Source: Hydrolagus affinis (Eukaryota). From it: a stretch of DNA of 64,000 nucleotides. Of the stretch, positions 36,321-50,114 are shown one piece after another. A model generated the notes under the pieces. The model ran no database searches, had not been told where the DNA came from, and saw only the letters and a program-made list of their open reading frames with translations. The stretch is taken from positions 1 to 64,000 of the forward strand of contig JAAILG010001161.1 in the NCBI GenBank assembly GCA_012026655.1, read 5' to 3'. Position 1 is the stretch's first letter. Each line of letters starts with the position of its first letter. The translations under genes were made by a program, and so were the position numbers.

Positions 36321-37995
36321 CCAGGTGGAGCTCTGGATCAGGCAAATTTACAGTGTGTATTTGGGGGGTGTACCTGAGAGTGACTGTACGCTTTGATGGT
36401 ACCTGTATACAAGGTCCAAAGCCACTGGCAACATTCCCTCTGAAGAAACATCTGGAGGGTCTGAGTGCCCGTCTGAGATGGTTCCTGGCTGCAGATAGGT
36501 TGATGGGGAAACTAAGATCCTGGTAACGCTTATGCAGAAGGGTCTGTGAGGACACTGATGGTGCCTCCCACCCTAAGGGTTTGTGAGGAATTCAAAGTGC
36601 TCCCCGCAGGAGCTGGAGCTGTTTAATGCCAGCTGCAACAAGCAACAAGCAGTGCTTCATTACAAGGGAGAGAGACACCACCAGCAAACTGCTTTGTGCA
36701 CCTCTTTGTGATTGGGAAAAGTGGTACAAATGGAACTCTGGGAATATGGACCTGACACTTCATTCCAGCAAAACTGTGTGGGACTCTGATTCACCCAGTG
36801 GTTGATTTCGTGTTCTGTAGTCTTTGAAGGGCATATTTTCGTTCCTTTTAACTGTCACTTTGCTAAATATATCACTTGAATCTGTGTGTTCTCTAGCTTT
36901 GTGGTGATGTTGTTACTTGTGCTCGATTTCAATTTTTAATTAATCTTTGAGATTGTAGGTTGGTATGCAGCTCAATTTGGTATATTTGCGTGAGACCATT
37001 ATGCAAATAGGATAGTGTATGGAAAGGGTGTGGGACGATAATCCAGATTTTTTTTAAAAAAACTTTTAAAAAAGCTTAATCTTTACACACAGCATTTGTT
37101 GTGGTGAAATGCAATAACAGAGGAGACTATTGTGGCCAAGGTTTGTTGAAAGGAACTTGACAATATTGTGTTCACTTGTATCTAATGCTGCATAGACAGG
37201 AAATTAGTAAGGGAGGTAAGCTAACTTCATCTTAACTAAAACTTGCATGAACTCTCCAATAATACCATAGTAACAAATTGATTTACTTTGCTCAATTAAC
37301 TAGAAAATTGGGGATATACTTCATTGTATTGCACACCAGTCTATGTTAATTCAAGTGGACTAGATTCACTTGGTTTTCTGTTTGGGGTGGCATGGTTGTT
37401 GGTACACAATTTCCTTTATTTTGACCACTTTATTTTTAACTGTTTGAATTATTTGTATTTTGTGTTTAAATCTTCAGTTCTGTTGGTCCAGTGGCAGTGT
37501 AAGCTCATCAGAGGGCAAATACAGTGCCCCAACATTACAGTGAGCCTATTATGTACTCATTGGGAGAATGGCATCAGGGCAGGAGGAAAGGCAATCTGCC
37601 AAGTATGCAGCTGCAGAGTCACCTGTTTTTTTTCGTGTGTGTCCTCTCTTCCCCCCTCCGCCCCCTCCTCCCCCATCATTTTCAAAGAATAAGGTATTCT
37701 GAATTGTCCATTAACCCCAAATAAATTCATGGCACATACTGATGCCTCTTGATCCTCCCTTATGTTTCCAAGCTGTTGGTTATAAGCAGTTTGGGAGTAG
37801 CTGTTTTATGTAGAATTCCAGCTATGGTGGAAGAGGTAGGTCAGAGCTTTGGTAAAATTTTATTTATGTAACCTGATCGTGGTTTCCACACAAAATATCT
37901 GCTCAAAGGCTATGAATACCGTAGTTTAAAACTGAGTGTTTTTTTTTAAAAATGAATCAGGTACAAATTTTCACTTATTCAGCATTTATAATAGT

Positions 37996-38051
37996 AAAGA
38001 AAAACAGAAATCGCTGGGAACACTCAGCACGTCAGGCAGCATCTATGGAGA
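37996..38051 (-). mobile_element. Penelope-like terminal fragment (partial)
   Basis: Reverse complement of ctccatagatgctgcctgacgtgctgagtgttcccagcgatttctgttttt, homologous to 11365-11418. Confidence 0.65.
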
Positions 38052-41000
38052 TTTGGTATAGAGCTTTTCATGTTAGGAGGAGATCCTGTGAAGTGGAGTG
38101 ACTGTATTTGTGGGTGAATAAAGGCAATCAATTTGCACACAGCAGTGTCCCACAAACAAACAAAAAAAGACCAATTTGAGTGAGCTCAAGTCCTGATGAC
38201 TCAAGAGATGAGAGTGCTACCATTGAGCTGGACTGACACAGCCGATGTGTGTCACACATTAAAGTAACGATTGTAGTCCAAAGTGGATAGCTGTCACATA
38301 AATATTTAGCCATTTCAGAAACAGGTTTTTAGTAAGAGTGGTTAGATTGTAGCCACTGGTAATATGGTGTAAAATGCACTTTTTTAAAAAAAAACAGGTG
38401 CCACTTATCCAAGCTTGTTATCTCAGCTAGTGTCTTCAGCTGCTGCAGGGGCTGTCCTCATGAATCTTCTGCTCATATTGTTACCACCCCCTCTTCCACA
38501 CGCCTCTTCCACACGTAGACTGCAGTTTTGTTTTCAGCTTTTTCAGCACCATTTGGTATAGGAACTGAATGCTGATTGTGAACCCAGGTATTTTAGTGAT
38601 CAAGATGTTTGCTCTTCAGAAGTTGCTTGTCCAAACATGACTCTAGGCATCTCAGAACTGCTGTTTTACTTCTGGTTTGCACTAAAGTTAAGTGCTTCAG
38701 CAAAGATGCCTGAACAGCATGCCTGAACAGAGGCATCTCTGACCTTGATTTGTCATTTCAACTGTTCAACTTTTCCTAAAAGGATTTAACAATTGGTAGT
38801 TGTTGGGGAGGAAAACGGGAGAGAAGCGGGACATGCTTTCTCCATCAAGGACATTATTTCTGTAGAGCAAGAAAAATGAGCAGCAGGAACAGTGCTTTCA
38901 ATGAGGTTTTAGCTGGTTAAACTCCAGGTTAAGTTCTCAAGCATGTCTAGAAGCTTTGCCAACCTGTCAATACTCTCTGGAATTAGGTAAAGCAGGATCT
39001 GTCCCCTCCAGAGAGAGATCAATGATTCATTCCAAACATGGGAATTTTGATGTGTACATGAAATGCATGGAAGAGTGTCTGATTTGGATACTCCTGAGCA
39101 TAGAGTTGGGTTTTCCTATGTGTCTCGAAAAGGAGAAGATGAACTGAGGTCCAGTTTGCCAAGTTTTACTGTAAAGTGTAGTGACTTTTTTGTTGACAAA
39201 TACAATTGCAAGTTTTAAGTAGAATTATTTAAACTAGAGTTTTACCTGCTGGTTACTGCTTTGCCAATGTGATAAAACAAAAATATGCTTAACATGCCAT
39301 CTAAATGTGGGCTTTTCTGGAGATAGTATGTATAACAAATAATGGAAGGGTCACATAGATAAACTTGGCTCCAAGTGCCCCCTTCCAAGGATCTGTGGTG
39401 TTTTGTACACAGATTGCATACTGGCTGTTGCACATGTTTGGTCTCTACTGACGGTTTGACGTGATTCGTGATAATAAAGGGGGTTTACTGCAATAAAAAG
39501 CTGGGGGGAGTTTGAGCCAGGGAGCTTTTGATCTTTTTGGACAGCTGCTTCCTTGAAGTAACCCATTCCCACTGATTGTTTTGCTTTGCATTATATGAGC
39601 CCATGGAGATTTTCAGTACCAGACAACAGATACTCCATATTACTGGTCCCTACAGTCACAAAGTATCATTAATTTTGCTGGCGTTTGTTTTTATTATTAT
39701 AAACATTATTATGTTTTTATTATTATAAAAAGTTACTGTGGCATTTTTTTTCCTAGTAAAAGTAACTGGATGGTGAAGAGTGGTTGGGAAAAGACATAGT
39801 GACCTGATGCCGAGCTCACACAACCCATTTTCTCGGCATGATCAACTCCTGATCAAATCAAACGTGTTCCTGCATTGGCAATGCATTCCAGTTGTGATGT
39901 TCTGCATGATATCGCTTCAGATAGGTTACAGTGCTCTGCTGGGTTGAAGAGCTGCTCATTCAGAAGCTAGCAGTGTTGCATTACCGTAGCCTCACAACTT
40001 GCTGTGGGGTTGTTAATGACCACCGTGCTGGAAGATAGGGTAAATCTGACAGTAATGTTTACGATTCTAAGAATAGAAATTGTGTTTTTCAGCAAAATAA
40101 TTTTTGTGTAAATACAATTGTATACAGAAATCTAATGAACATATGCAAGCGTGGAAAACTGCAAATAAGTTGTGTGGGTACATGGTTTGAATTAGTTGAT
40201 AAATTTGTGCAGTATTTTGAAGGTTCAGCAGTCATTTGAGGTTTCTTTCCTGTTGGTTGCTGTGCTTCTATTCAGTCAGAGCTGATGCCAGTTGCGTTTT
40301 TTCTAAATAAACCAGGCAGTATGCAGGCTGCTAGTGCACTTTTCCCCCACATACTGAGATCTATTGACTGATAGCTAAATGTTGCAATGGAAGGCAGCAC
40401 CCAGTTGATCCATGTGATATCATTATGCAGATGACTATAAATGAAAATGCTGGGGTTCCTGTCCCCCCGTTCCCCTTCTCCCGCATCCGACTGATCATGA
40501 TGACTTGTATTATTACTCAAGTCCCATTGTTCAGGTGAAATGATTGCTCCAAGTGTGAAGTCATTTCAGCCTTATTTAATCATTGCATATATTACTAGTA
40601 TAAAACATATTGCAGGAAGAGCAGAGGTTACATAGGAATTGCAGTATGTACTATTGGTGAACTAATCTGGGCTACAATGTTTTTATTTGATGTGATGCTG
40701 GAGATATTTTTATATTCTAAAGGGATGAGGGCCTGGGAAGACTTATTAGGTCAGGTTGTATTTATAACTTCAACTGAGACAGGAGAGGGCCAGATTTTTC
40801 TAGGGTCTCTGTTTGTCTGTCTCATGTCAAACAGCTGTTGAGCAGAACATTGTTGTCTGAGTCTGTTCCTTACTATTTCCCCCTACCCCCCCACCCACCC
40901 CACACTTAGAGATGAGCTGAAACCTTGGGAAAGTGATGAAGATTTGACCCACTAATTGGTGCAACCCTTCAATTTCTGTTCCTTTCAATAATTCACATTC

Positions 41001-44000
41001 AACAATACAGTAGGGAAACAATATAGTAGAGCTTAGCACACAGTGTGGTTACTGCAGTGATGTTTCATAGATTTACAGATTTATTTTCCTTTTGAAGAGA
41101 AGTATGTGATCAAATAAAGGTCCTTTTAAGCCTCCAGTTAACTGCGCTGAGTAAGCCTATATTTAATCTTTGTAGCTAATTATTTAATGTACAAGTAATA
41201 AACAGCTGTAGATTGTCTTCCCTTTAGAAAAGTCTCATCAAAAGGAAACGACTAGCCATATTGTGCAACTGAGTGCTCGGAGATGCATGAGGTGGCCCTG
41301 CATAGCCTTACCAATGCAAATGACTGCTGCTTTTATCTCTCACAGAATTGTGGCCCCTTTTCATGGCACCTCTTTACCACTGCTGACTTTTTGGATTTTT
41401 ATTTGTGAAAGGGTAATGGATTGGCTAACCTTTCAATACATTTTACTGCAAACAGATGGTTTGCACAAGAACTGTAATCCCTGGGCTGAAGGTAAAGATT
41501 CTATTGAGCTAAAGGCTTTACGAGAACTCATCAAATAAGTTCTACAGCTTCTGATATTGAGAAGGATCTGATTGGGAGAAATGCAAAGCTTCCAGTGTCT
41601 TCAAAAGGATGTATTGTATATTGTGGCTGGGGACAGCAAATCATTGTTTGGAATATAGTATTAAAATAGTATAAAATTGTTCCCACACCTAGGGTTCCAA
41701 TTCTATGAAACTGAGATCCAGTTGTAACGTCAGAGAGGGGTAACTGGGAGGAATCTTCTGTGGTGAAGGCAGATATACAAAATTACCTTTGTGTAGTGCC
41801 TTTCCCGTCAGGAGGACGTCCCAAGGCACTGAAACTGAAAGCACAGCACACCAGGAGCAGGTGTGACTGAAAGCTTATGGACATAGTTTAAGGTTAACTT
41901 TCAGAAGTGTGGCACAAATCAAGGGTTTTTAGCTGTAGAACTGTAAATTTATTGCATTGCAGATATTTACACAGTGCTCTTTTGACTAGAGGTTTGGAAT
42001 GTCAGAATGCTGATTGTTTCCAATGGGTGGGAAGTATTGGGGGAATGAAGTAGCAGTTTTATGATTGATAGGAAAGCTAAAGAAAACAGCCTCTGTCTGT
42101 AAAGGGTTTCCACTTGTTATGAAATATTTCAATAACTTGGCATGAGAGGGGGCAGACTTTTTAATGGAAATTGTTTTAGCTGCTATTTTTGCTTGGAGGT
42201 TACGTTGTTGAATTGTTGGGATGTCTATGTGCCTTTGTCACAGTATACCATGAGATCATTGAAGTTAAACTCCTGTTTTAATGAATTAATAACTATGCCC
42301 TTACTATTGTACAAACTGTCAGAAATTGCTTACTATTATAGTACTGTACTTTATTTTGTCCCCTAAAAGGTAGTAAGGTGTGGTCTGACTGAGATTGAAT
42401 TATTTACACTAAGATCTGATTTTAGTGTGGGGCAGCCAAAGTTCTCTGGTTGGTTTGGCATGTTTTCTTCGTGTTTTCCAACATTGAGATTGAGCTCCCT
42501 TTTGTTCTTTGGAATTTGCACCCCATTTTATTTAATAGCACTAACGTTCGGAGTTTCCTTGTTTCTTTATATACACACATCATGCGGCTTGAGCGTTGGA
42601 TGGTTTCTCACCACTTGCGTTGCTTTGATTGTTAGATGTGACAACTGAATATAGTGTGAACATTGGAACAAAAAGAAGCAGTGTTTTTGTCAGCAGTGAT
42701 TCTTAAAATAAAATGATTGCCCTGAATGTAAAAGTATATTACAGACCAGGTGCTCCTTCACAGCCAAGTGCTCAGAAAATGTTTTATACTGTTAATGAAA
42801 CAAAAATGGCAATCTCCTTAGAGTGAACTTTTGCTTCTGGATGGACTCATTGTATATGCCAACATATCTGGTCTGCAGATCAGGCATTGAAATTGAGCTT
42901 TCTAGTGATACTGATCTGTGAGTGTGTGAGTAACTGGGTTAGAGAAGAATATCATCTGTAATATGCGCCCAACAGACCAATAATAGATGTAGCAAATTCG
43001 GCAAATCTGACCTTAGTAAATTTCTATTTTAAGGGATATTCTGCTGACCTCTCCTTTTCCAAATTTAGATGAAGCCAGTGTTCAGATTTCAGCCTGACTC
43101 TGGTGGAATGGTACTTTGAGTCTCTGGTTGAGTCTGAGTTTCTATTGCTCTCTTCTCTTGGGTTTGTCTTTTTTAAAACTTTCCTTGTTCCTCCTCTTTC
43201 TCCACTACTCTTTTCTCTCTCTCCCCCCACCCCCACCCCACCCCCCAACTCATTGAACTTGTTTAGATGTTAAACATCAGATATATTAGCTCCATTCGAT
43301 TTTTGTTGAACAATGTTGTTCTTCGAAGTTGTGGAAATTTTAAACCTAGCTTGGGACCAGCCCACAATTGCAGATCAGTAAATGCAAATGAACTTTTAAT
43401 ATATCTGTTTACACTGGTATATTGAGATCTTTTGTTTTGGAGAGGGGAAGTGGGGAGAAGGAAGGCAGTGGTGGCACTGCTTGAGGGAAGCTTGAATTTC
43501 TATTTCATTCCTCCCTCTGTTCATTTACCATCTTTATCTTCTAAGGTGTGGGTCACTGCAGTGTTTGTTCCTGCATCAGACTGTACTAAATATGAATTGA
43601 GTATTTGATATGAACATTGAGTGCCTAAAAACAATATTTACGTGCCTCATCTTAAGGAGTACATATCTTTAAGAAAAATGTGTGGTGCTCATTTCCACAT
43701 AGTCACTGCTTTGAAACATTTGGTATCTGTATTGCTGGAATGCTGAAGCTTTCAGTGTTTCCTATAGGGCAAGCGAGGATTTTGCCAATGGCTCTTCGGG
43801 GATTGCAGAGAGAACGTGTTTGGGAGTACACTCTCTGCATTCTAAATGTACATATCTAGCAGGTTAATCTAGAGTGCCATCATGCTGTCAGTTTGACCTG
43901 GCATGGAAAATATTCCCTACTTGAATGATTAGATGCCTAAAATATACTGACTGGAACCAGGAGTTGAATCTGAGGCAACTAAAGTTGTGACGTGTATCAA

Positions 44001-45194
44001 GTTGCAGAGTGTGTGGGAAAGACCAATTGTTTTGTGCAGTTTGTACTTCTTTGAGGGCTTTGCAGTGGCAGCGCTGGGAGTAGTTGCAAAGTGGATTTTT
44101 TGAGAGTTTAGATACATGGGAATTTAAAGGGTGTGTTCTGTTGGAGGGAACTGCTTAAGGAAATGATGAGTCAGGAAATGCCACCTGGACATCACTCAAC
44201 AACAAACAACAAAATTACATTTATAGAGCGCCTTTCACGTCGGGAGGACGTCCACTCAATACTTGTGACAGGAAGTTTTTATCATGCAAGGGTCCATGAA
44301 TTATTTGTGGTTTGGAAAATCTACATTGTACACAGGGCAGAAAATAACATCCTTGTTTTAGGATCTTGCTCTTTGCACTGAAAAATAATCTTAAAGGTTT
44401 TAAGATTTGGAGTTCCACTTTTTTTAAAAAAAATTCTCTTTTCTGCCCATGTTCTGTACTAGTTATTTGAAACGCCAGCAGACAAATTTTCCATTTTGGG
44501 CACAGCCTTATATGATTTGGAAGAAACTTATTTCAAATAATGCTCGAAAGCTGAACTGCTTGTCTTGCACTGCCACACTATCCTCTGGATATTGTCTTAC
44601 ATTGTAATATTGTTTAGGATTTGGAGCCCTAGCAGATTGATGTTTCAGGAGAATGAATATGTTCACAAGGAGCCTTGAAGCTAAAATGGTAGAATTTGGA
44701 TTTTTCTGTTTTTTATCAAAGAATGTGGTGGGTGTTTGAGAGATGTAATCCTAGTATCTACTCCCCCAGATACCTTCTCATGATCTTTTTGTTTGTTCTT
44801 TAATATGAAACAGGACAGACCTTTCATCTTTATATTTATCTGGGAGGACTCCTGTTGGAGGACTTTAAAAATTAAATTTTGTTGTTGCCGCAGCTTAGCT
44901 TTCTGTATGTTCATTATTTTACTTGCGCCATTGGCTATTTACGTGCCCTGTGAACCACGATGCCACAGCAACACTTTAATTCGGCGCCCACCAGTTGTAA
45001 CTGCTGCGAGAAACATAAAACTGAAAATAACTCATGAACTCGAAAACAAATATGTCCATGTCACTCCCAGAATCAAGACCTTTCATGTCCCTACATCAAT
45101 CGGTTATTGGTTAATGAGATCCTTCTTCAAGTGCAGACAGACATTGTTGTTTTATTAGTATAGAAGAAGATATATCACGCACGCACATCACCAC

Positions 45195-45785
45195 AACCAA
45201 CAAAAATTACAATTGTAAAGTGCCTTTCAAAGTGCTCGGCAGACAGTATTTCGGACCTGATTTGGGGGTAGGTATTGGGGAGTGTGGAGGGCGGAGTTGG
45301 GGCGCCTAGGTTGATTGAAAGCACGGTTGAAGAGGAGGGCCTTGAGGTAGGTCTTGAAGCAGGCAAGGGATGGGGTAATGCAGAGGGACTGCAGGATGGA
45401 GTTCCACAGAGTTGGATAGAGTTGCTGAAAGCCTGCCCACCAGTGGTGGGACAGGTGGGGGATATGAAGCAGGCCAGAGCCCACTGAGCGGAGGTTGTGG
45501 GCAGGTTGGTAGGGAGTTAGGAGATTGCAGGGGTAGGCGGTAATGAGGTCATGAAGGGGCTTGAAGGTGAGGACCAAGATCTTTGGACTGTATCCTCTGT
45601 GTGATGGGAGGCCAATAGAGTCGGGCAAAGATGGGGGTAATATGTTCACAGAGCCTAGTGAGGGTGAGGACATGGACTGCAGAGTTCTGTATGATCTGCT
45701 GCTTATGGATAAAGGAGTTGTGGAGGCTGACAAACAAGGTGTTTGCATAGTTAAGCCTGGATGTTATGAACGCTTGTATGAGAGT
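45195..45785 (-). mobile_element. L2 LINE 3' fragment
   Basis: QAFITSRLNYANTL..QIIQNSAVHVL..EHITPIFARLYWPPI and KILVLTFKPLHDL..PYQPAHNLRS..LWNS..FKTYLKALLF. Confidence 0.92.
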
Positions 45786-45922
45786 GAATGTTTCTGGGAC
45801 ATTGCTGTGTCTAAATTGGCTGCTGCGTTTGCCTACAAATACAGTTACCACATTGAAAATTTTATGAAACCCTTTGAGACATTTTGATGACTTTAAGGCG
45901 CTGTATTCAAGGATTATTATCA
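45786..45922 (+). mobile_element. Older SINE tail
   Basis: gctgtgtctaaattggctgctgcgtttgcctacaaatacag...caaggattattat. Confidence 0.75.
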
Positions 45923-45974
45923 TTTGAATTTGTGTTGAAGGCACTGGACCTGAAGCTAGCTTATTGATCTGGAA

Positions 45975-46235
45975 TGGTAAAATAATCAGCCTGGGTCCTC
46001 TTTCAATTGTTACCCAGAGATTCCTGCTGGAAAGAACACCTCTGTAAATATTGGATCAAGACAAGGCAAGCGCAGGTGTGATATTCTCCACACCATTAAA
46101 TAGCCAACTAATGTTTACTGTCTGGGCTCACAAATGAACCATGGCCACTTAGGCAAAATACTGGAAAACTGCCATGCTCGAGATATCATAGCTAGCATTA
46201 ATGTCTTTCTTTAGAAGAGGAGGAGAGAAATTTGA
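45975..46235 (+). mobile_element. AmnSINE2-like relic
   Basis: aatcagcctgggtcc...cctgctggaaag...aaatagccaactaatgtttactgtctgggctcacaaatgaaccatggccacttagg...gaggaggagagaaa. Confidence 0.6.
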
Positions 46236-46831
46236 AGGTAGAAAGAATCTATCTTTATAAAATGCTTTATAAAATGTTCTTTAACTTATCGTTGTACATT
46301 GTTTATTAAATATGTAGTCAGTATATGCAGCTACACTTGCAAATAAAATTCCCTTTGCTTATACTTCCATTTGAGGAGTGGTGTGGTTACTGAGCAGTAT
46401 ATATAAAATGATGGACACTTACATAATTGTAGGAAGGAATCTCATCATGGGCTTTGGCTAGTGTTCATATATAGAATGAATGCAAGGCAAGAATTGTGAA
46501 TTTGTTTTTAGAACCATAGTTTCTTAACTTATGATTCTACTGGACTGTTTCTTTAAAACGTGCTTTATGAGGGGTTTTCTTAGAATTGACAATTTTTTTT
46601 AAAAAAATTTGATTCAATGAAGATGTTGTGTTTGTGTAGAGCAGTTTTGCTCCCATCATATCTGTTGCATTTAGTTGCTGGTAATGCAACTACAGTAGTT
46701 CTCAACTTCCTTTGTTGAAGACATCAATGAGAATCTTGGATGTTACCTGTGCGTGTTCAACCTTTAAAAATGTAGGTAGCTTTGTTCTGTTTGTAGAAGT
46801 CATTTTATAGAATATGTCTAAGGCTAAATGA

Positions 46832-46922
46832 TGTTCATATGTTTGGCTGAGTCTTGCTTCATATAAGATTTGGTGTTCATATGTTTGGCTGTATCTTGGT
46901 TCATATAAGATTTGGTGTTCAT
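46832..46922. repeat. 42-bp tandem duplication (about 2.2 copies)
   Basis: Unit tgttcatatgtttggctg..tcttg.ttcatataagatttgg begins at 46832, 46874 and 46916. Confidence 0.9.
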
Positions 46923-47735
46923 TATCTGGATCCCAGTCTCCTCATGGTTTCCATGAATGCAGGTTGCTTTCCTGGACCATATCCAAATCACTATTCACGT
47001 GTGAGCCTTGGTAGTGAGTGCCAGCAGCCTGAACATTGGTGCATATAGAAATATAAATTGCTTCCCTTGACTGCTTCTTACCCTGAGGAATAAAATGTTT
47101 AAAGCGCATAACCCTGAATGCAAGCTGTTGGGTAGCAAAATCATGTCAAGATGATGAGCTTTGTGCGGAATAAATTAAATTGAAAAGGGGCTTACTATTG
47201 AATGTGATTATTGGGGCTCCTTTAATGAAATACTGCTGTGATGCACACCTGGCTCTGGTTTCTTTACTCGGATGATGTACTTACATTAAATACAGAATAA
47301 AGTATGGAGAAATGTAGTCTGGGTCTAATGGAATCACAGCACAAATAGTGTCTGAATTGGTGTGTATTTTGGAGGGGAGTTGGAAGAAACTGAACCATTA
47401 ATAATAATAATAATCCTTTCATGCCATATTTCATTGAGATATCTCAATGCATTTCTGTAAATGAATTGACTATTCTGTGGGTGAAACATGATATGTTTGG
47501 TTTTGAAGTTATTGCCTGAATAACTTCAAACAAATGCAATATTCAAGCAATAACTGTTCCAAGTTCAAATAAAGCAATTCTGTTTCAGTTTGATCAGCTT
47601 TGGCTAATATATAATTCAACAACAAAATTGCACTTATATAGTGCCTTTCACGTCAGGAGGACGTCAGGGTCCTGCCTTTAAAAGTAAAGTCTATTTCCAT
47701 GTCATTTATTGTGTTTTTCTCTCTTGTTTTTGCAG

Positions 47736-47895
47736 ATCGCTGTCATATCCAGCCGTACGTTGTTGCAGCGGACAAATGATGGGATTGTGTTTGGTGTGAC
47801 GTTAAAACTAAATTGAATTGTAGCAGTGATTTTGTAGCTGCTGCTGTGTGATTGGCACAGATTTATTTTTATTTTTGCTCCCTTCATTTTGGAGG
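47736..47895 (+). other. DAG1: 5' UTR part of the first coding exon of DAG1
   Basis: Strong polypyrimidine acceptor ending CAG at 47735, 160 nt before the start codon. Matches the known layout of non-coding exon(s) followed by a UTR+CDS exon. Confidence 0.75.
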
Positions 47896-48171
47896 ATGGG
47901 AGTGGAAATGTGTATCTCCCACATGCTGCTCCAGCATGGACTGGGAAGGACTCTCTTGGTACTGGAGCTGTTGCTGGCTACAGTGCTTGCACACTGGCCG
48001 AACGAACCAGTGCAGATAGTTAGAAACTTGGACAGCCTGATTGAAGCCTCCATGCGGTCATCATTTGCCCCCGCTGTGCCCTTCAGTATCCCAGACAGCT
48101 CTGCATACACTAGTCGGGTCTTTAGGATGAAAATACCACCTGAAGCTGTAACTGCCAACTCTGTCCTCAAG
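47896..48171 (+). CDS. DAG1: Dystroglycan precursor, first coding exon (aa 1-92: signal peptide and start of the alpha-DG N-terminal domain)
   Basis: ATG at 47896 in strong Kozak context (aggATGg). Translates to MGVEMCISHMLLQHGLGRTLLVLELLLATVLA-HWPNEP...EASMRS...IPDSSAYTSRVFRMKIP...VLK, resembling the human HWPSEP..EASMHS..IPDGTAVVGRSFRVTIP..IIK segment. Ends at donor AAG|GTAAAT (phase 0). The exon starts at 47736 after the acceptor ctcttgtttttgcag. Confidence 0.95.
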
Positions 48172-48423
48172 GTAAATTGTTTCTTGAGCAAATGTGCTGG
48201 GGAGGGAATGGAGGGAAGAATGTTTCATGAATTTTCAACTGTTAATCATCGAAGTGCTACATCCATTTCCTCTTTTAGGATGTTGTCTTTCTAAAATTGT
48301 TTCAGAAACCTTGAGTAATGTAACTTGTGTACAAGATAGAAACTAGTGGTTAAAACAAGAACTATATGCCACTTCTAGTGATTCCTGGCAATATTTATCA
48401 ATCTCACTACACTATTTCACCAT

Positions 48424-48640
48424 AGAGTAGGGAGTTCTTCTGCTGCCCTGACTAATATTCCTCACTGATTCAAAATTGACTCCGAAAAAATAAATTTACA
48501 GTGTAGCTTTTGGCACATTGCTGTTGCAAATTGACTGCTATTTTTGCCTATAGCCTGTGTGACTGTCGCCAAAGTTCTAAACAACTTGTGGGAAGTACTT
48601 TGAGGTGTTTGACAACAGAAGCTGGATACAAGTTGCAGTA
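48424..48640 (+). mobile_element. Old DeuSINE-like 3' part
   Basis: agagtagggagttcttctgctgccctgactaatatt...gctgttgcaaattgactgctatttttgcctat...aagtactttgag. Confidence 0.5.
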
Positions 48641-50114
48641 TTTATATGAGACACTCTTGCAGCCTCTCAATTCCCTCGTAAAGTAGTTACGATTCTGAAG
48701 TGTCCTTATACAATGCAGATGTCACCATTTTTGACCTTTGGCACTTTAGCTTCTTCTAAGTTGAACTACAGCCAGGGAGCTGGAGTGTAATTTTGCACAA
48801 GTAATAATGTGAAATCCAGGCAGTAAACCAGGCAGGTTATGCTGCACACAACAATACTGCTTGGGACATATGGATTCCAAAATCAGCGGAAAGCTGACTG
48901 TCTCAGATGAGCATTGAAGCAGGAGATTTTTAATTATGGAGGGAAGTCAAACATATTAAGAATTTATCTCTTTGTCGAACTTTTTTTGATATAACAGAAT
49001 TAGATGGACAATGGTTTGGAGTGTGGCTTTGCGACCCCAAAATATGTCTCATAATTTCCTAAGTGTAAAAAATACCGTTGGGTAGAAGAGTCAAACACTG
49101 ATAAACCATATAGGCTGACCCTAATAAATCATTTTTGTGTGAAAGTATCCAATTTAGCTTCCCTGGATAAAAGAATTTGCATTGCCTAGATAGGGTAGAA
49201 GATAATTAACTGTATCATACTGTGAATAAACACTTATGTTTCTGTGACAATGCATGTAATGTAATCTCTGATCAAGGAGATGTAATAATCCTTTTACATC
49301 ATAAATCCTTGAAGTCCCAGATTAGTTACATCCTGCCCTGTGCAATTGATCAACCCACCATTCGTGTATTACTCTCAGTCTGCTTTTCTGTCCAAAAGAG
49401 TTGTATGAAATGTTAGATGGATAGTATGTAAGAACTCTTGTGATTTCTCCCCTTTGCTTTTTTAAAATATATAATCCTTCCAACCTTTTTTCACCTGTTC
49501 TGGTTACCTACAAAGAAATAATTCTTGCATTTGTGTGAGGGTGAGGGTTAGTGTGAGGACGTCTCGGAGTGTTTCACAGGATATGCTAGAAAACATGGTG
49601 ATTGTTTTATAGGCAACCACAGCAGCCAATTTGCATATATCAATTTCCCACAAATGGACACATTCACTATGATTTATAGACTATGCTGTGATGTGGTTTT
49701 GAATTGGCCGCCTGATACAGTACTGTACATCAAATGTAAGGATTATTATTGTCTTCAGGCTGAAATAGCACCATGGCTGGGCTTCTGAATACAGGAACTT
49801 ATGATCACTCAATCATTGATTTTGCGAAAATGCAAAATTGTTGGAAAAATGTAAAAATATCCAGTCTCAAGAGACTACTCCTAGCACACTGTCATTAACC
49901 ATGGCGTTGAGAACTACTGCTGTGATAGACACCTTGTCTGGTTTCTTCATCATGGTGCTTTAATCACTGAAGAAATCTGTCTGCTAAAAATATGATGAAC
50001 CCATGGTCAATGTTCTGTATAATTTCTGCTCTGCCTACAATTTATAATCAGTGTAGAGCAGTAGAGTGAAATCAAACTACGGCAAGTAAGACGTACAAAA
50101 ATAACTTTGAAAGA

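Noticed and set aside
47848-48294. 148-aa ORF as called by the track
   Set aside because: The true CDS is 47896-48171; the flanks are UTR and intron read-through.
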